From an uncultured Acidobacteriota bacterium (GTDB taxonomy: Bacteria > Acidobacteriota > UBA6911 > RPQK01 > JAPXNP01), in assembly GCA_963777605.1 (NCBI GenBank), contig CAVZRV010000035.1, positions 224,001 to 288,000 of the forward strand: a DNA stretch of 64,000 nucleotides, in the 5' to 3' direction. The first letter of the stretch is position 1. Each line of letters opens with the position of its first letter. Positions 11,234-19,740 of the stretch are shown here, piece by piece. Made by a program: the position numbers and the translations under genes. Below the pieces are notes generated by a model. That model saw only the letters and a program-made list of their open reading frames with translations, ran no database searches and was not told the DNA's origin.

Positions 11234-11310
11234 GTCGCATTCCTCCCGCGCCGAGTCCCCTCCCCAGAATCGCTGAGGGCGCCGCAATCGCACGTTCCGG
11301 CGCTATTCTC

Positions 11311-12996
11311 TCAAATGCCCGGTTCCGGATCGAGCTTTTGGTACCAGGGCAACCGGCCCAGCGGAGCCTCGACCGTCAAAGTTCGAGGTCCGGTAACCAG
11401 TTCACCGTCGTCACCCTTCCAATGGCCTGGAGGAAACACGATCTCGCGGAAGCGGGCGCCCTTTTCGAGGACCGGAGCCACAAGGACCTCTTTACCGAGC
11501 AGGAACTGGTCGGTGATTTCAACATAGCCCCGGTTAGGAAATTCGTACTCGAGACTGCGGACAATCGGCTCGCCGGTTCGGGCCGCCTCATCCGCCAGTT
11601 CCAGGAGCTTTTCTCCCATGGAGGTGTGAAGGTGAGACATCGTAATGCAGTGTTCCAGGTTTTCCTTGTCCAGAACCCGCCAGGGAGCAACCGAGAACTG
11701 CATCATGGGCATCAGGGCGTGACATTGGGCAGCCCGAACGATCAGTTCCTGGTCCACCTGTGCCAGGTCGATAAAGGAAAGGTACTCACCCCCACCGATC
11801 ATGTCGGGACAGGTGAAGGGATAGCCCATCAAGCCCTCGTTGATGATTCCAGGGATCAGTTTGCGCAGGTCCTCCCAGCTGTGTTCCTTGTCGCGCAACC
11901 GCTGGGCGAGAGGCTGCCCCCCCATCTTCCAGCAGGCACGAAATTCATTCAGAGGGAAATCGAGGCCGAGGCGGGCGAATTCCTCGCAGTGACCGTTTGC
12001 CGTGATATCCGGGCGATGCGACCTGAAGGGCGTGAGCATGTTACGGGAGGAGTAATGCTCGGCATCTCCACCGTCGAACTTGAACCCGTCGATCCTGTAT
12101 TCCTGGACAAGACGGTCGAGTTGTCCCTTGAGGAACTCTCTTCCCGACGGGTTGGTCAGGTCAACCACCGCGCTGAACCCGTCCCACCACTGCATGATGG
12201 CCGGGTACGGTTCCCTGTCGGGGTTGGAGATCCAGACCTTCCTGCCGTCTCGAGTGACCTTTTGCTGCAGGGCCGCGAAGTAGGGCCCATCCGGAGAGAT
12301 GTAGGGGCAGACCCAGACCATCACTTTGAAGCCAAGGTCGTGAAGGGTTCGAATCATGGCCTTCGGATCTTCGAAACGGGCCCGGTCAAAATCCCAATCG
12401 CCGTAGTTCTTGAACCACCCCTCGTCGATCATCAGAACTCCCGGTTCGAAGCCCGCCGCCACCGCTTTCTCAGCGTATTCGAGCACGTCCTTCTGATTCT
12501 GGTTGTAAGTCAGCTCGATCCAGGTGTTGAACTGGGGTCGCGTGAACAGTAAAGGATCGGGGATCCGGCCACTTGGAGGAAAGAAGTTCCGGCTCGCATA
12601 TTGAAACGCCTCCCGCAGGGAGTGTCCCTCCTTGCCCGAAGCAATCGCGGAACGCCTCGACGCCGCAGTGAGCAGCCGGCCGTCGAACCGGAACGAAAAG
12701 GGATCCTCGCACCAGAGGTACCGGCCCGAACTCGAAATCAGCAGAGGTTGTCCCTGATTCCCGCCAGTGTTGTCGGTGAAGTCGAATGCGTAGTCCTGGC
12801 CGCGCCCAATCGGCATCAGGTGCGACTGGCTGATGACACCGGCCCACCACCGTTCACCGTCCTTTATTTCCAGTTTCAGTTCCCGTCTCCCCTGCGACAT
12901 GGCGGAGAAACCGATCCCAAAGGCAGCCAGAAGACCGGCCAGAGTGGCGATCCAGATGAGAGGTAAGCGATTCGGGAAACGGCTTCTGGGAATCAT
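11311..12996 (-). CDS. Glycoside hydrolase family 31, exported
   Basis: PQFNTWIEL, MIDEGW, DGFKFDGGD, PDMIGGG, PMMQFSVAPW and DQFLLG; hydrophobic N-terminal segment; GGAG RBS. Confidence 0.88.
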   Translation of the reverse strand: MIPRSRFPNRLPLIWIATLAGLLAAFGIGFSAMSQGRRELKLEIKDGERWWAGVISQSHLMPIGRGQDYAFDFTDNTGGNQGQPLLISSSGRYLWCEDPFSFRFDGRLLTAASRRSAIASGKEGHSLREAFQYASRNFFPPSGRIPDPLLFTRPQFNTWIELTYNQNQKDVLEYAEKAVAAGFEPGVLMIDEGWFKNYGDWDFDRARFEDPKAMIRTLHDLGFKVMVWVCPYISPDGPYFAALQQKVTRDGRKVWISNPDREPYPAIMQWWDGFSAVVDLTNPSGREFLKGQLDRLVQEYRIDGFKFDGGDAEHYSSRNMLTPFRSHRPDITANGHCEEFARLGLDFPLNEFRACWKMGGQPLAQRLRDKEHSWEDLRKLIPGIINEGLMGYPFTCPDMIGGGEYLSFIDLAQVDQELIVRAAQCHALMPMMQFSVAPWRVLDKENLEHCITMSHLHTSMGEKLLELADEAARTGEPIVRSLEYEFPNRGYVEITDQFLLGKEVLVAPVLEKGARFREIVFPPGHWKGDDGELVTGPRTLTVEAPLGRLPWYQKLDPEPGI

Positions 12997-13269
12997 CCTT
13001 CGGTCTCCTTTGGCTCGCGAGTGGTCAGAATACAGGAGGGAGAAGAAAGAAGACAGGACACCCGCACCTCGGAACCTCGGAACCTCGGAACCAGTCAACC
13101 ACGGTCCTATGGGTCCCATCTCAAGGTTCTATGGGTCCCCTCCACCAAGATTCGAGAGGCAGCGGGGGAGGCTTATCCTGCCCCTGATTGAACCGCGAAA
13201 CGTTGAACGTGAAACGCCGCACCCGATGGCGCCCGGGGTGCTGAAACCCTTGTGTTAGAATCGCTTCTG

Positions 13270-14268
13270 ATGGCGACGGAATCGGCGCCGGAGATAGAGC
13301 GAGTCGAAGAAGAGAAGGAAACGGTTGATTGGACGAAGGATGGCTCGAAATCAGACGGGCCGGACGAAGAGTCACATGAGCTGATTCCGCGTGGTGAGAC
13401 CAGGATCTCCAAACTCTCACCCCTTCAACGTTATCTCCTGGAGATCCGGCAGTTCAAAACACTCTCCTCGGAAGAAGAGCATGCCCTCGCGGTTCAGTAT
13501 CGTGAGGAGGGAGACCAGTCTGCCGCCTATCGCCTGGTGACCGCCAATCTGTCTCTGGTGGTCAAGATTGCCCGGATCTACTCGCGTGTCTATCACAACG
13601 TCATCGACCTGGTCCAGGAAGGGAATATCGGCCTGATCGAAGCCGTCAAGCGCTTCGATCCCCACAAGGGGAACCGGCTTCCGACCTACGCTTCCTGGTG
13701 GATCAAGGCCTACATCATCAAGTTCATTCTGGACAACTTCCGGATCGTGCGGGTCGGCACCACCAACGAACGGCGACGTCTCCTCTTCAACCTCCGCCAG
13801 GAGAAGGAGAAACTCCGCATGAAGGGGATAGAACCAACCCACTCTCTGCTTGCCGAACGGCTCTGTGTCTCCGAAGAAGATGTCCGGGCGGTCGAGGCAA
13901 ACATCGAGTCGGGCGAGTTGCAGCTCGACTCCTACATCGGCGACGACCAGAAGACACGCTACATCGACACGCTCCGGACTGCCGAAGAGCAGGTGGACGA
14001 ACGCCTGGCGCGGGGAGAACTTCAGGAACTGTTCAACCGTAAACTCGCGGCCCTTTCGCGCGACCTTAACGAACGGGAACGGACAATCCTGAACGAACGT
14101 CTGATCGCCTCGGAACCCAAAACCCTTCAGGAACTGGCGGATCGCTTCGGTGTCACACGGGAGGCTATCCGGCTGAATGAGAAGTCGCTCGTCGAGAAGA
14201 TCAAGACTTACATGAGAGTCGCTCTTCGCGACGTCACTGAAGTCGAAATCGGCCTTTTGACGTCTTAG
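13270..14268 (+). CDS. RNA polymerase sigma factor, RpoH/sigma-32-like
   Basis: DLVQEGNIGLIEAVKRFDP, TYASWWIKAYI, RpoH-box-like TTNERRRLLFNLR and region 4 TLQELADRFGVTREAIR. Confidence 0.85.
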   Translation: MATESAPEIERVEEEKETVDWTKDGSKSDGPDEESHELIPRGETRISKLSPLQRYLLEIRQFKTLSSEEEHALAVQYREEGDQSAAYRLVTANLSLVVKIARIYSRVYHNVIDLVQEGNIGLIEAVKRFDPHKGNRLPTYASWWIKAYIIKFILDNFRIVRVGTTNERRRLLFNLRQEKEKLRMKGIEPTHSLLAERLCVSEEDVRAVEANIESGELQLDSYIGDDQKTRYIDTLRTAEEQVDERLARGELQELFNRKLAALSRDLNERERTILNERLIASEPKTLQELADRFGVTREAIRLNEKSLVEKIKTYMRVALRDVTEVEIGLLTS

Positions 14269-14381
14269 AACCGGCCCTCGAACGTCCTGCCCTGGAATTT
14301 CATAGACTCGCTGAAACTTTCCGAGCTCGCCCGGCATCTATCTCCCTGTTAAAGTATTTTTGAGTTTGGCCGAATTTTGGC

Positions 14382-14409
14382 TTGACAAGCCGAGTTCCGG
14401 CGGTATTAT
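14382..14409 (+). promoter_or_regulatory. Sigma70-type promoter
   Basis: TTGACA (14382-14387), 16-bp spacer, TATTAT (14404-14409), in an AT-rich intergenic patch. Confidence 0.6.
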
Positions 14410-14422
14410 TTAGCGTTTTCAG

Positions 14423-14458
14423 GCCGTGCCCGCGCTTGGGTCGGGCACGGCTTTTTTG
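14423..14458 (+). terminator. Intrinsic terminator-like hairpin in the leader of the small ORF
   Basis: GCCGTGCCCG-loop-CGGGCACGGC followed by TTTTTT. Confidence 0.7.
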
Positions 14459-14514
14459 TATCCGGCTGGCCACAGACCACGAATTTAACTTTTGAAATCA
14501 GGAGGAACTGCATC

Positions 14515-14700
14515 ATGGCTGAAAAATTGAGCAAGACCGCGAGGGCTAGTCTCTTACGCAAGGGCGCCGCAGGCGCGGGCCGCAACTGTCCCCAGTGTGG
14601 AACCCCGATGGTGGCGACCAAGGTCGTCCGGTCGGCATTCGCTCCCGGTGGGATGTACTGGGTTTGCCAGAAAGACGACTACCGCGTAAAGACCAACTAG
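14515..14700 (+). CDS. Small basic zinc-ribbon-like protein (61 aa)
   Basis: AGGAGG RBS; CPQC and distal C..D (VCQKDD); Lys/Arg-rich. Confidence 0.75.
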   Translation: MAEKLSKTARASLLRKGAAGAGRNCPQCGTPMVATKVVRSAFAPGGMYWVCQKDDYRVKTN

Positions 14701-14751
14701 TCTGCGCTCCACGAATTGCCGCGTGCCCGTCACAAGGCACGCGGCCCCCCT

Positions 14752-14808
<57 letters not shown>

Positions 14809-14861
14809 CATGATAAATTTTTGGTCTTTCTGGTATTACAGATCTCATGATGAGGTGAGAA

Positions 14862-15824
14862 GTGGCTACGGAAGATCGGAAGAACCGGCTCGCAATACTT
14901 GCTTTTGGTGGTAACGCCATCATCCGGCGGGGCCAATCCGGCGACATTCACACTCAGTTTGCCAACACGCGTCAGGTACTCCAGGGAGTTGTCGACCTGG
15001 TCGCTGAAGGAAGCGGCCTGGTCATTGTCCACGGCAACGGCCCGCAGGTCGGACACGAGTTGGTTCGCTCTCAACTGGCCTCCCGAGAGGTCCCCGAGCT
15101 TCCGCTCGGCGTCCTGGTGGCCGATACCGAGGGTGGCATGGGCTACATGATCCAGCAGTGTCTTCAGAACGTGCTCTGGAAGAACCGGATCAAGAAGCCA
15201 GTCGTAACCATCCTCACCCAGGTCGTCTGCGAGAGGGATGATCCCCGCCTCAAGAATCCGACCAAGCCGGTGGGACGCTTCTTCAACCAGGAAGAAGCGC
15301 GGGTGCTGATGGCGGAAAAGGGCTGGGTAATGAAAGAGGACGCCGGGAGAGGATGGCGCCTGGTCGTTCCGTCGCCTCGTCCCACCCGGATAGTGGAACG
15401 CCGAACGTTACGAATGCTGGTCGAATCGGGAATCCTCGTGATCGCAGGTGGCGGAGGTGGAATTCCCATATTTGTAGAAGAGAACGGAGATTTCGAAGGC
15501 CTTGATGTCGTCATCGACAAAGACCTGACAGCCAGCCTGATCGGCAAGAGCGTTGGGGCGGACACCTTGATTATCGCAACCGACATTCGCAAAGTCGCCC
15601 TCAACTTCAATCAGCCCAACCAGCAAGACCTCGATCAGATGACTCTGACCGACGCCCGGAAATACCTTTCGGAAGGCCACTTTCTGGCCGGATCCATGGG
15701 GCCCAAGATCGAGGCCTCGGTGGATTTTCTTGAGGGAGGCGGCGATCGCGTTATCATTGCAGCACCGGGCCAGATCAAAGAATCCCTCGCTGGACGTGCA
15801 GGGACCACTATCATCCACGACTGA
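14862..15824 (+). CDS. arcC: Carbamate kinase
   Basis: AFGGNAI, HGNGPQVG, NPTKPVG, VVPSP, GGGGIP, VIDKD and GSMGPK. Confidence 0.95.
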   Translation: MATEDRKNRLAILAFGGNAIIRRGQSGDIHTQFANTRQVLQGVVDLVAEGSGLVIVHGNGPQVGHELVRSQLASREVPELPLGVLVADTEGGMGYMIQQCLQNVLWKNRIKKPVVTILTQVVCERDDPRLKNPTKPVGRFFNQEEARVLMAEKGWVMKEDAGRGWRLVVPSPRPTRIVERRTLRMLVESGILVIAGGGGGIPIFVEENGDFEGLDVVIDKDLTASLIGKSVGADTLIIATDIRKVALNFNQPNQQDLDQMTLTDARKYLSEGHFLAGSMGPKIEASVDFLEGGGDRVIIAAPGQIKESLAGRAGTTIIHD

Positions 15825-15848
15825 AAGGGGAGGAGCAGCACCGCCAAC

Positions 15849-16727
15849 GTGACTCTGACGATCCGTGAGCTGGAGACAACAACCGACCTGACGAGCTGTG
15901 TCTCAATTCAGGAGGTGGTATGGGGACCGGATGACGAACTGGTGGATGCGGGCGGGTTGAGCCGGGCACTCGACGACGGAGGGATCCTCCTGGGAGGCTT
16001 CGGCCAGGGAAATCAGTTGGTGGGCTTTGTCTTCAGCTTTCGAATCAGAGGGTTGGAACTCGAGGCTCAGCATTCTCACATGCTTGCGGTCCTTCCCGAA
16101 TTTCGTGACAGTGGCATCGGTCTCCAACTCAAGGAGGCTCAGTTCCGCGTTGCCCGGAAACGGGGAACCCAGTGGGTCGTCTGGACATTTGATCCTCTCG
16201 AGTCCAGGAACTCGCATCTCAACCTGAACAAGCTTGGAGCGCGGGCAAGCACCTACTTCGTCGATTTCTACCCTGGAAGTCGCAGCCTTCTCCATGCCGG
16301 GCTGGAGACCGACCGCTTGGTTGCCGAACGCGATCTCCAGGTTGGGGCAAATCGATCCTCAACAATTCCTGCCGGCGAAACTCCCCCGCATAAAGCCGTG
16401 GAGTCGGTCCGCTCCGACCGGGGATTTCCGATTCCGGGACCTCCACGACTGGAAAACTCATCGGAAGTGGTTCTCATTGAGATCCCGTGCGACATCCAGA
16501 ACCTCAAGCAGTCCAATTCAACCCTGGCGAAGGAGTGGAGAGAGGCCACTCGTGAAGCCTTTCGCTACTACCTCGATCGCAGATATGTTGTTGAGGGTTT
16601 CCTGAGAAGGAACGAGACACGGCCGAGCCGGGCGTTCCACCTGCTTCGCTATGCCCCGCTCGTCGAAAGACTGGGGCCACGGCTCGACTTTTCGAGACGT
16701 CCCTTCCAGGCCGCGCCCCACGCATGA
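15849..16727 (+). CDS. GNAT-family N-acetyltransferase
   Basis: HSHMLAVLPEFRDSGIG, WTFDPLESRN, NLNKLGA and TDRLVAE. Confidence 0.85.
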   Translation: MTLTIRELETTTDLTSCVSIQEVVWGPDDELVDAGGLSRALDDGGILLGGFGQGNQLVGFVFSFRIRGLELEAQHSHMLAVLPEFRDSGIGLQLKEAQFRVARKRGTQWVVWTFDPLESRNSHLNLNKLGARASTYFVDFYPGSRSLLHAGLETDRLVAERDLQVGANRSSTIPAGETPPHKAVESVRSDRGFPIPGPPRLENSSEVVLIEIPCDIQNLKQSNSTLAKEWREATREAFRYYLDRRYVVEGFLRRNETRPSRAFHLLRYAPLVERLGPRLDFSRRPFQAAPHA

Positions 16728-17109
16728 AGTCGATCCGTATTCAGCAGGCGAGTGAAGCGAGCGCGATGCCAGATACCCCGCAGTCACCTCACCTGAAACT
16801 TCACCTGAAGCTTGGACCCTGGGTCCATTTGAAACGTGGAATGGCACGGACACAGAGCCGGGGGTAAGGCGAAGCCGCGCCCCCGGGTTCGCGGACCCAG
16901 TTTCACTCTTTGAATGGTCCGGCGCCGCCGGGGGCCCGGCTCACCTGAAACTTCATTTGGATGAACTGGAAATCCTGGATGAGTTGGACGCGTCTGGACG
17001 GAGATTCGGGCGATCGGTGGAACTCAGAAGCCGTGGCTCTCGGCTGGATCCTGGTTCCTGGTCCGGTGCCAGACGCGGATGAGTGATGATCACGGGATCG
17101 GCGCCGGGC

Positions 17110-17305
17110 CGGCCCCTGAAGGGGGCCTGTTTTCAGCCCAGGCATTTGCCTGGGTTCACGGTCCACCCATCAAGAATCCAGCCCTGAAAGGGCGGCACAG
17201 CTCTCCGGACGTGAAGAATCGGCGCGACCTTACAGGCCGCAATCGAAATGCAGGACCACAGACCCAGGGTAAACCCTGGGCTGAAACCAGGGCCTCAGCG
17301 CCCGG
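17110..17305. repeat. REP-like palindromic element, second family (GCCCTGAAAGGGC / CCCAGG...CCTGGG hairpins)
   Basis: gcccctgaagggggc, cagcccaggcatttgcctggg, gccctgaaagggc and inverted acccagggtaaaccctgggctg. A similar half element lies at about 34510-34597. Confidence 0.6.
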
Positions 17306-17427
17306 CTCAGTTTCACTCTCTGGTTGGCCTGCCCTACAAACAGAAAGCCGCCGATCCCGGGTTGCCACTACGTGTAGCAGCAGGCCGGAACCGGCGGCTC
17401 ATTATCCAGCCAATCTGAAGCGTGAGC

Positions 17428-18684
17428 TTACAGCTTGTCGACGTCTACGTCGGTCACCCAGTGCTGGTCGGAGGCCAGGAGTTCACCCCAGCTGATTTCG
17501 CGCCCTTCGTAAGCAGCCTGACGAGCGAGAATCGCGGTCAGCGTGCTCTCCGCGCCGTGCTTTAACTGGTTGTGATAGTTGCCGCTCGTGATGCTGTTCA
17601 CGAACTCTTTGATCTTGTTCGGAGTGGCATCACCCAACGGGTCGATTTCGGGTGCCTTTTCCCCAGAGGAGGTCTTGGCCGCGGCTTCCCAGGGATTGTC
17701 GCCCTTGATCACGACTCCACCACTGTAGAAGGCCTCGGAGAAACCTTTCGGCCCGAAACAGCGCCAGCCGACCGGTCCCCAAACGGGGAGGAACTGGGTC
17801 GAGGAGAACGCGGCCCGGATGTCGTTCGGATAGAACAGAGTGACAATGTACTCATCCGAAACATCACCGATGTCGGTTCGGACCTTGCGCGCGGCCGTCG
17901 CCTGGGCCCGCAGCGGGTGAGCGTTCAGAATCCAGTTGTAGGTGTCGAGGATGTGGATGTTCTGCTCGACAATGATGTCACCGCTCAGAACCCGATCGAA
18001 GACCCAGTTCCGCAGCTTGCTCTCCATCGGCGACATGTTCGGTTCCTTGTGACGCGGAAGATCGCCAGCGAAGTAGAAACCGTTGACACACGCGATGTCG
18101 CCAAGGGCACCGTCATGAATGCGCTTGGTCTGCTCCGCGTAGACGCTTCCGTAGCGGATCTGGAAACCGACCTCGACCGAAAGCTTCCCTTCAACACGGG
18201 CCGCCTGGGACGCCACGTCCATGCATCCGCGGACATCAGTGGCCACCGGCTTCTCGCAGTAGGTGTGCTTGTTCCCGGCCAACGACGCCTTCAGGTGGAG
18301 AGGATGGAAGTACGGAGGCGTCGCAATGATCAGCACATCGACATCACTCTGCGTGATCTCTTTGTAGGCATCCGGCCCCAGGAACTTCTTCTCGACCTTG
18401 CCCCGTCCCTTGCTCGCGTTGAGCTTGTTGAAACGCTCTTCGGCCGCGGTCAGCCGGTCCTGGAATAGATCGGCCACCGCGTAAATCTGCGAATTGGTGT
18501 TGTTTACGAAATCGCTTGCATCCGAGGTGCCGCGTCCGCCGCAGCCCAGCAAACCGACCTTGAGGGTTGAATTGGCGGCGCTTCCGAATGCAGTCTCGGG
18601 CTTCACAGCCAGCAGGGTACCGGTTGCAGCAACGGAAGATTTCATGAAATCACGCCGCCCCAGAGACTTGATCATTTTCGACAT
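17428..18684 (-). CDS. Gfo/Idh/MocA-family oxidoreductase with Tat signal
   Basis: GRRDFMK twin-arginine motif, GCGGRG, ATPPYFHP, YCEKPVA and EQNIHILD. Confidence 0.9.
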   Translation of the reverse strand: MSKMIKSLGRRDFMKSSVAATGTLLAVKPETAFGSAANSTLKVGLLGCGGRGTSDASDFVNNTNSQIYAVADLFQDRLTAAEERFNKLNASKGRGKVEKKFLGPDAYKEITQSDVDVLIIATPPYFHPLHLKASLAGNKHTYCEKPVATDVRGCMDVASQAARVEGKLSVEVGFQIRYGSVYAEQTKRIHDGALGDIACVNGFYFAGDLPRHKEPNMSPMESKLRNWVFDRVLSGDIIVEQNIHILDTYNWILNAHPLRAQATAARKVRTDIGDVSDEYIVTLFYPNDIRAAFSSTQFLPVWGPVGWRCFGPKGFSEAFYSGGVVIKGDNPWEAAAKTSSGEKAPEIDPLGDATPNKIKEFVNSITSGNYHNQLKHGAESTLTAILARQAAYEGREISWGELLASDQHWVTDVDVDKL

Positions 18685-18738
18685 GCCTTTCTCCTTTATT
18701 CGTTTAAGTAATCCATTATGACCTGAAGGCCAATAATA

Positions 18739-19737
18739 TCAGGGCACTGCTTCATTTTGGAGTCCCGTTCCTTCTACGGGAACCGTTACGGTGGAAAGAG
18801 ACCCCGCCAGCATTCCGTAAAGCTCCCACTGACTTGCCAGGCTCAGCACCCGAAGCACGATTCGACCGACGATCAGGACCTGTGCCAAAAGGGCTCCCCA
18901 GATCAGCATTCCGATTCCCCCTGAGTTGGCCCCCGGGGCCACAACCGCGTATATCAGCGTCAGCGCCGAGAACACGCTCAGGATTGCACCGCCCAGCAGA
19001 ATGACCGGTCCCCGGTTGCAACAGACGAAGCGAAGCGCCCGAATGACGGCAAGAAAGGAACTCCGCCGATGCTCCGCGACCAGCACGACCTTGGTGTAAT
19101 CCATCCAGAGCCGCACAGCGAAGAGAAGCACGAGGAAGATCGCGTACTTTGCCAGCGCGGCAACAAACGCAATCCGTTCATCTACGACCTGGCGGGTCAA
19201 CTCTGAGAGAAGCCAATCCAGTTTCCCAACCCCCTGGTAAACCAGGTAAAAGAGCACCACTCCGATCAGTCCCAGCCGGAAGAACCGGCCCAGGTACCGT
19301 CCGGCTCCCGCGGCGAAATCGCCGAAATCCCCCGAGGATCCCCGCTGGAATGACGTCATGAAGCCCGCCGACAGGAAAACCCACACGAGAAGGTAGGCTG
19401 CCCCGAAACCGCGAATCGCCAGGGGCGCCCGAAACAGCCCGCCACGGAGCAGGTCATCGAGGGAGTTGAGCACTGCTCCCGGACCACTCATCGTCGGGTC
19501 CAGCGTCCCGGCCAGACCTTGGGCCTGACCAGCAAACTCCCGGTACCAGTCCTGGCTATACCCCTGGGTCAGTGTTTCTGCCACCTGGCTCTTTCCCACG
19601 GAGTCGCGAATCTCTCCCATCATCAGAACGAAGGGAATCAAAACCAGGACGACGTTCAGCAGCCAGGCCAACGCCACGAAGCGCTTGTGCCGCCCAACCA
19701 GTTCCATACCTTTTTGAAATGCCAGCAGGAAGTTCAT
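18739..19737 (-). CDS. Multi-pass membrane protein, hypothetical
   Basis: About 6 hydrophobic segments; starts 3 bp after the M1 peptidase stop. Confidence 0.75.
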   Translation of the reverse strand: MNFLLAFQKGMELVGRHKRFVALAWLLNVVLVLIPFVLMMGEIRDSVGKSQVAETLTQGYSQDWYREFAGQAQGLAGTLDPTMSGPGAVLNSLDDLLRGGLFRAPLAIRGFGAAYLLVWVFLSAGFMTSFQRGSSGDFGDFAAGAGRYLGRFFRLGLIGVVLFYLVYQGVGKLDWLLSELTRQVVDERIAFVAALAKYAIFLVLLFAVRLWMDYTKVVLVAEHRRSSFLAVIRALRFVCCNRGPVILLGGAILSVFSALTLIYAVVAPGANSGGIGMLIWGALLAQVLIVGRIVLRVLSLASQWELYGMLAGSLSTVTVPVEGTGLQNEAVP

Positions 19738-19740
19738 CGT

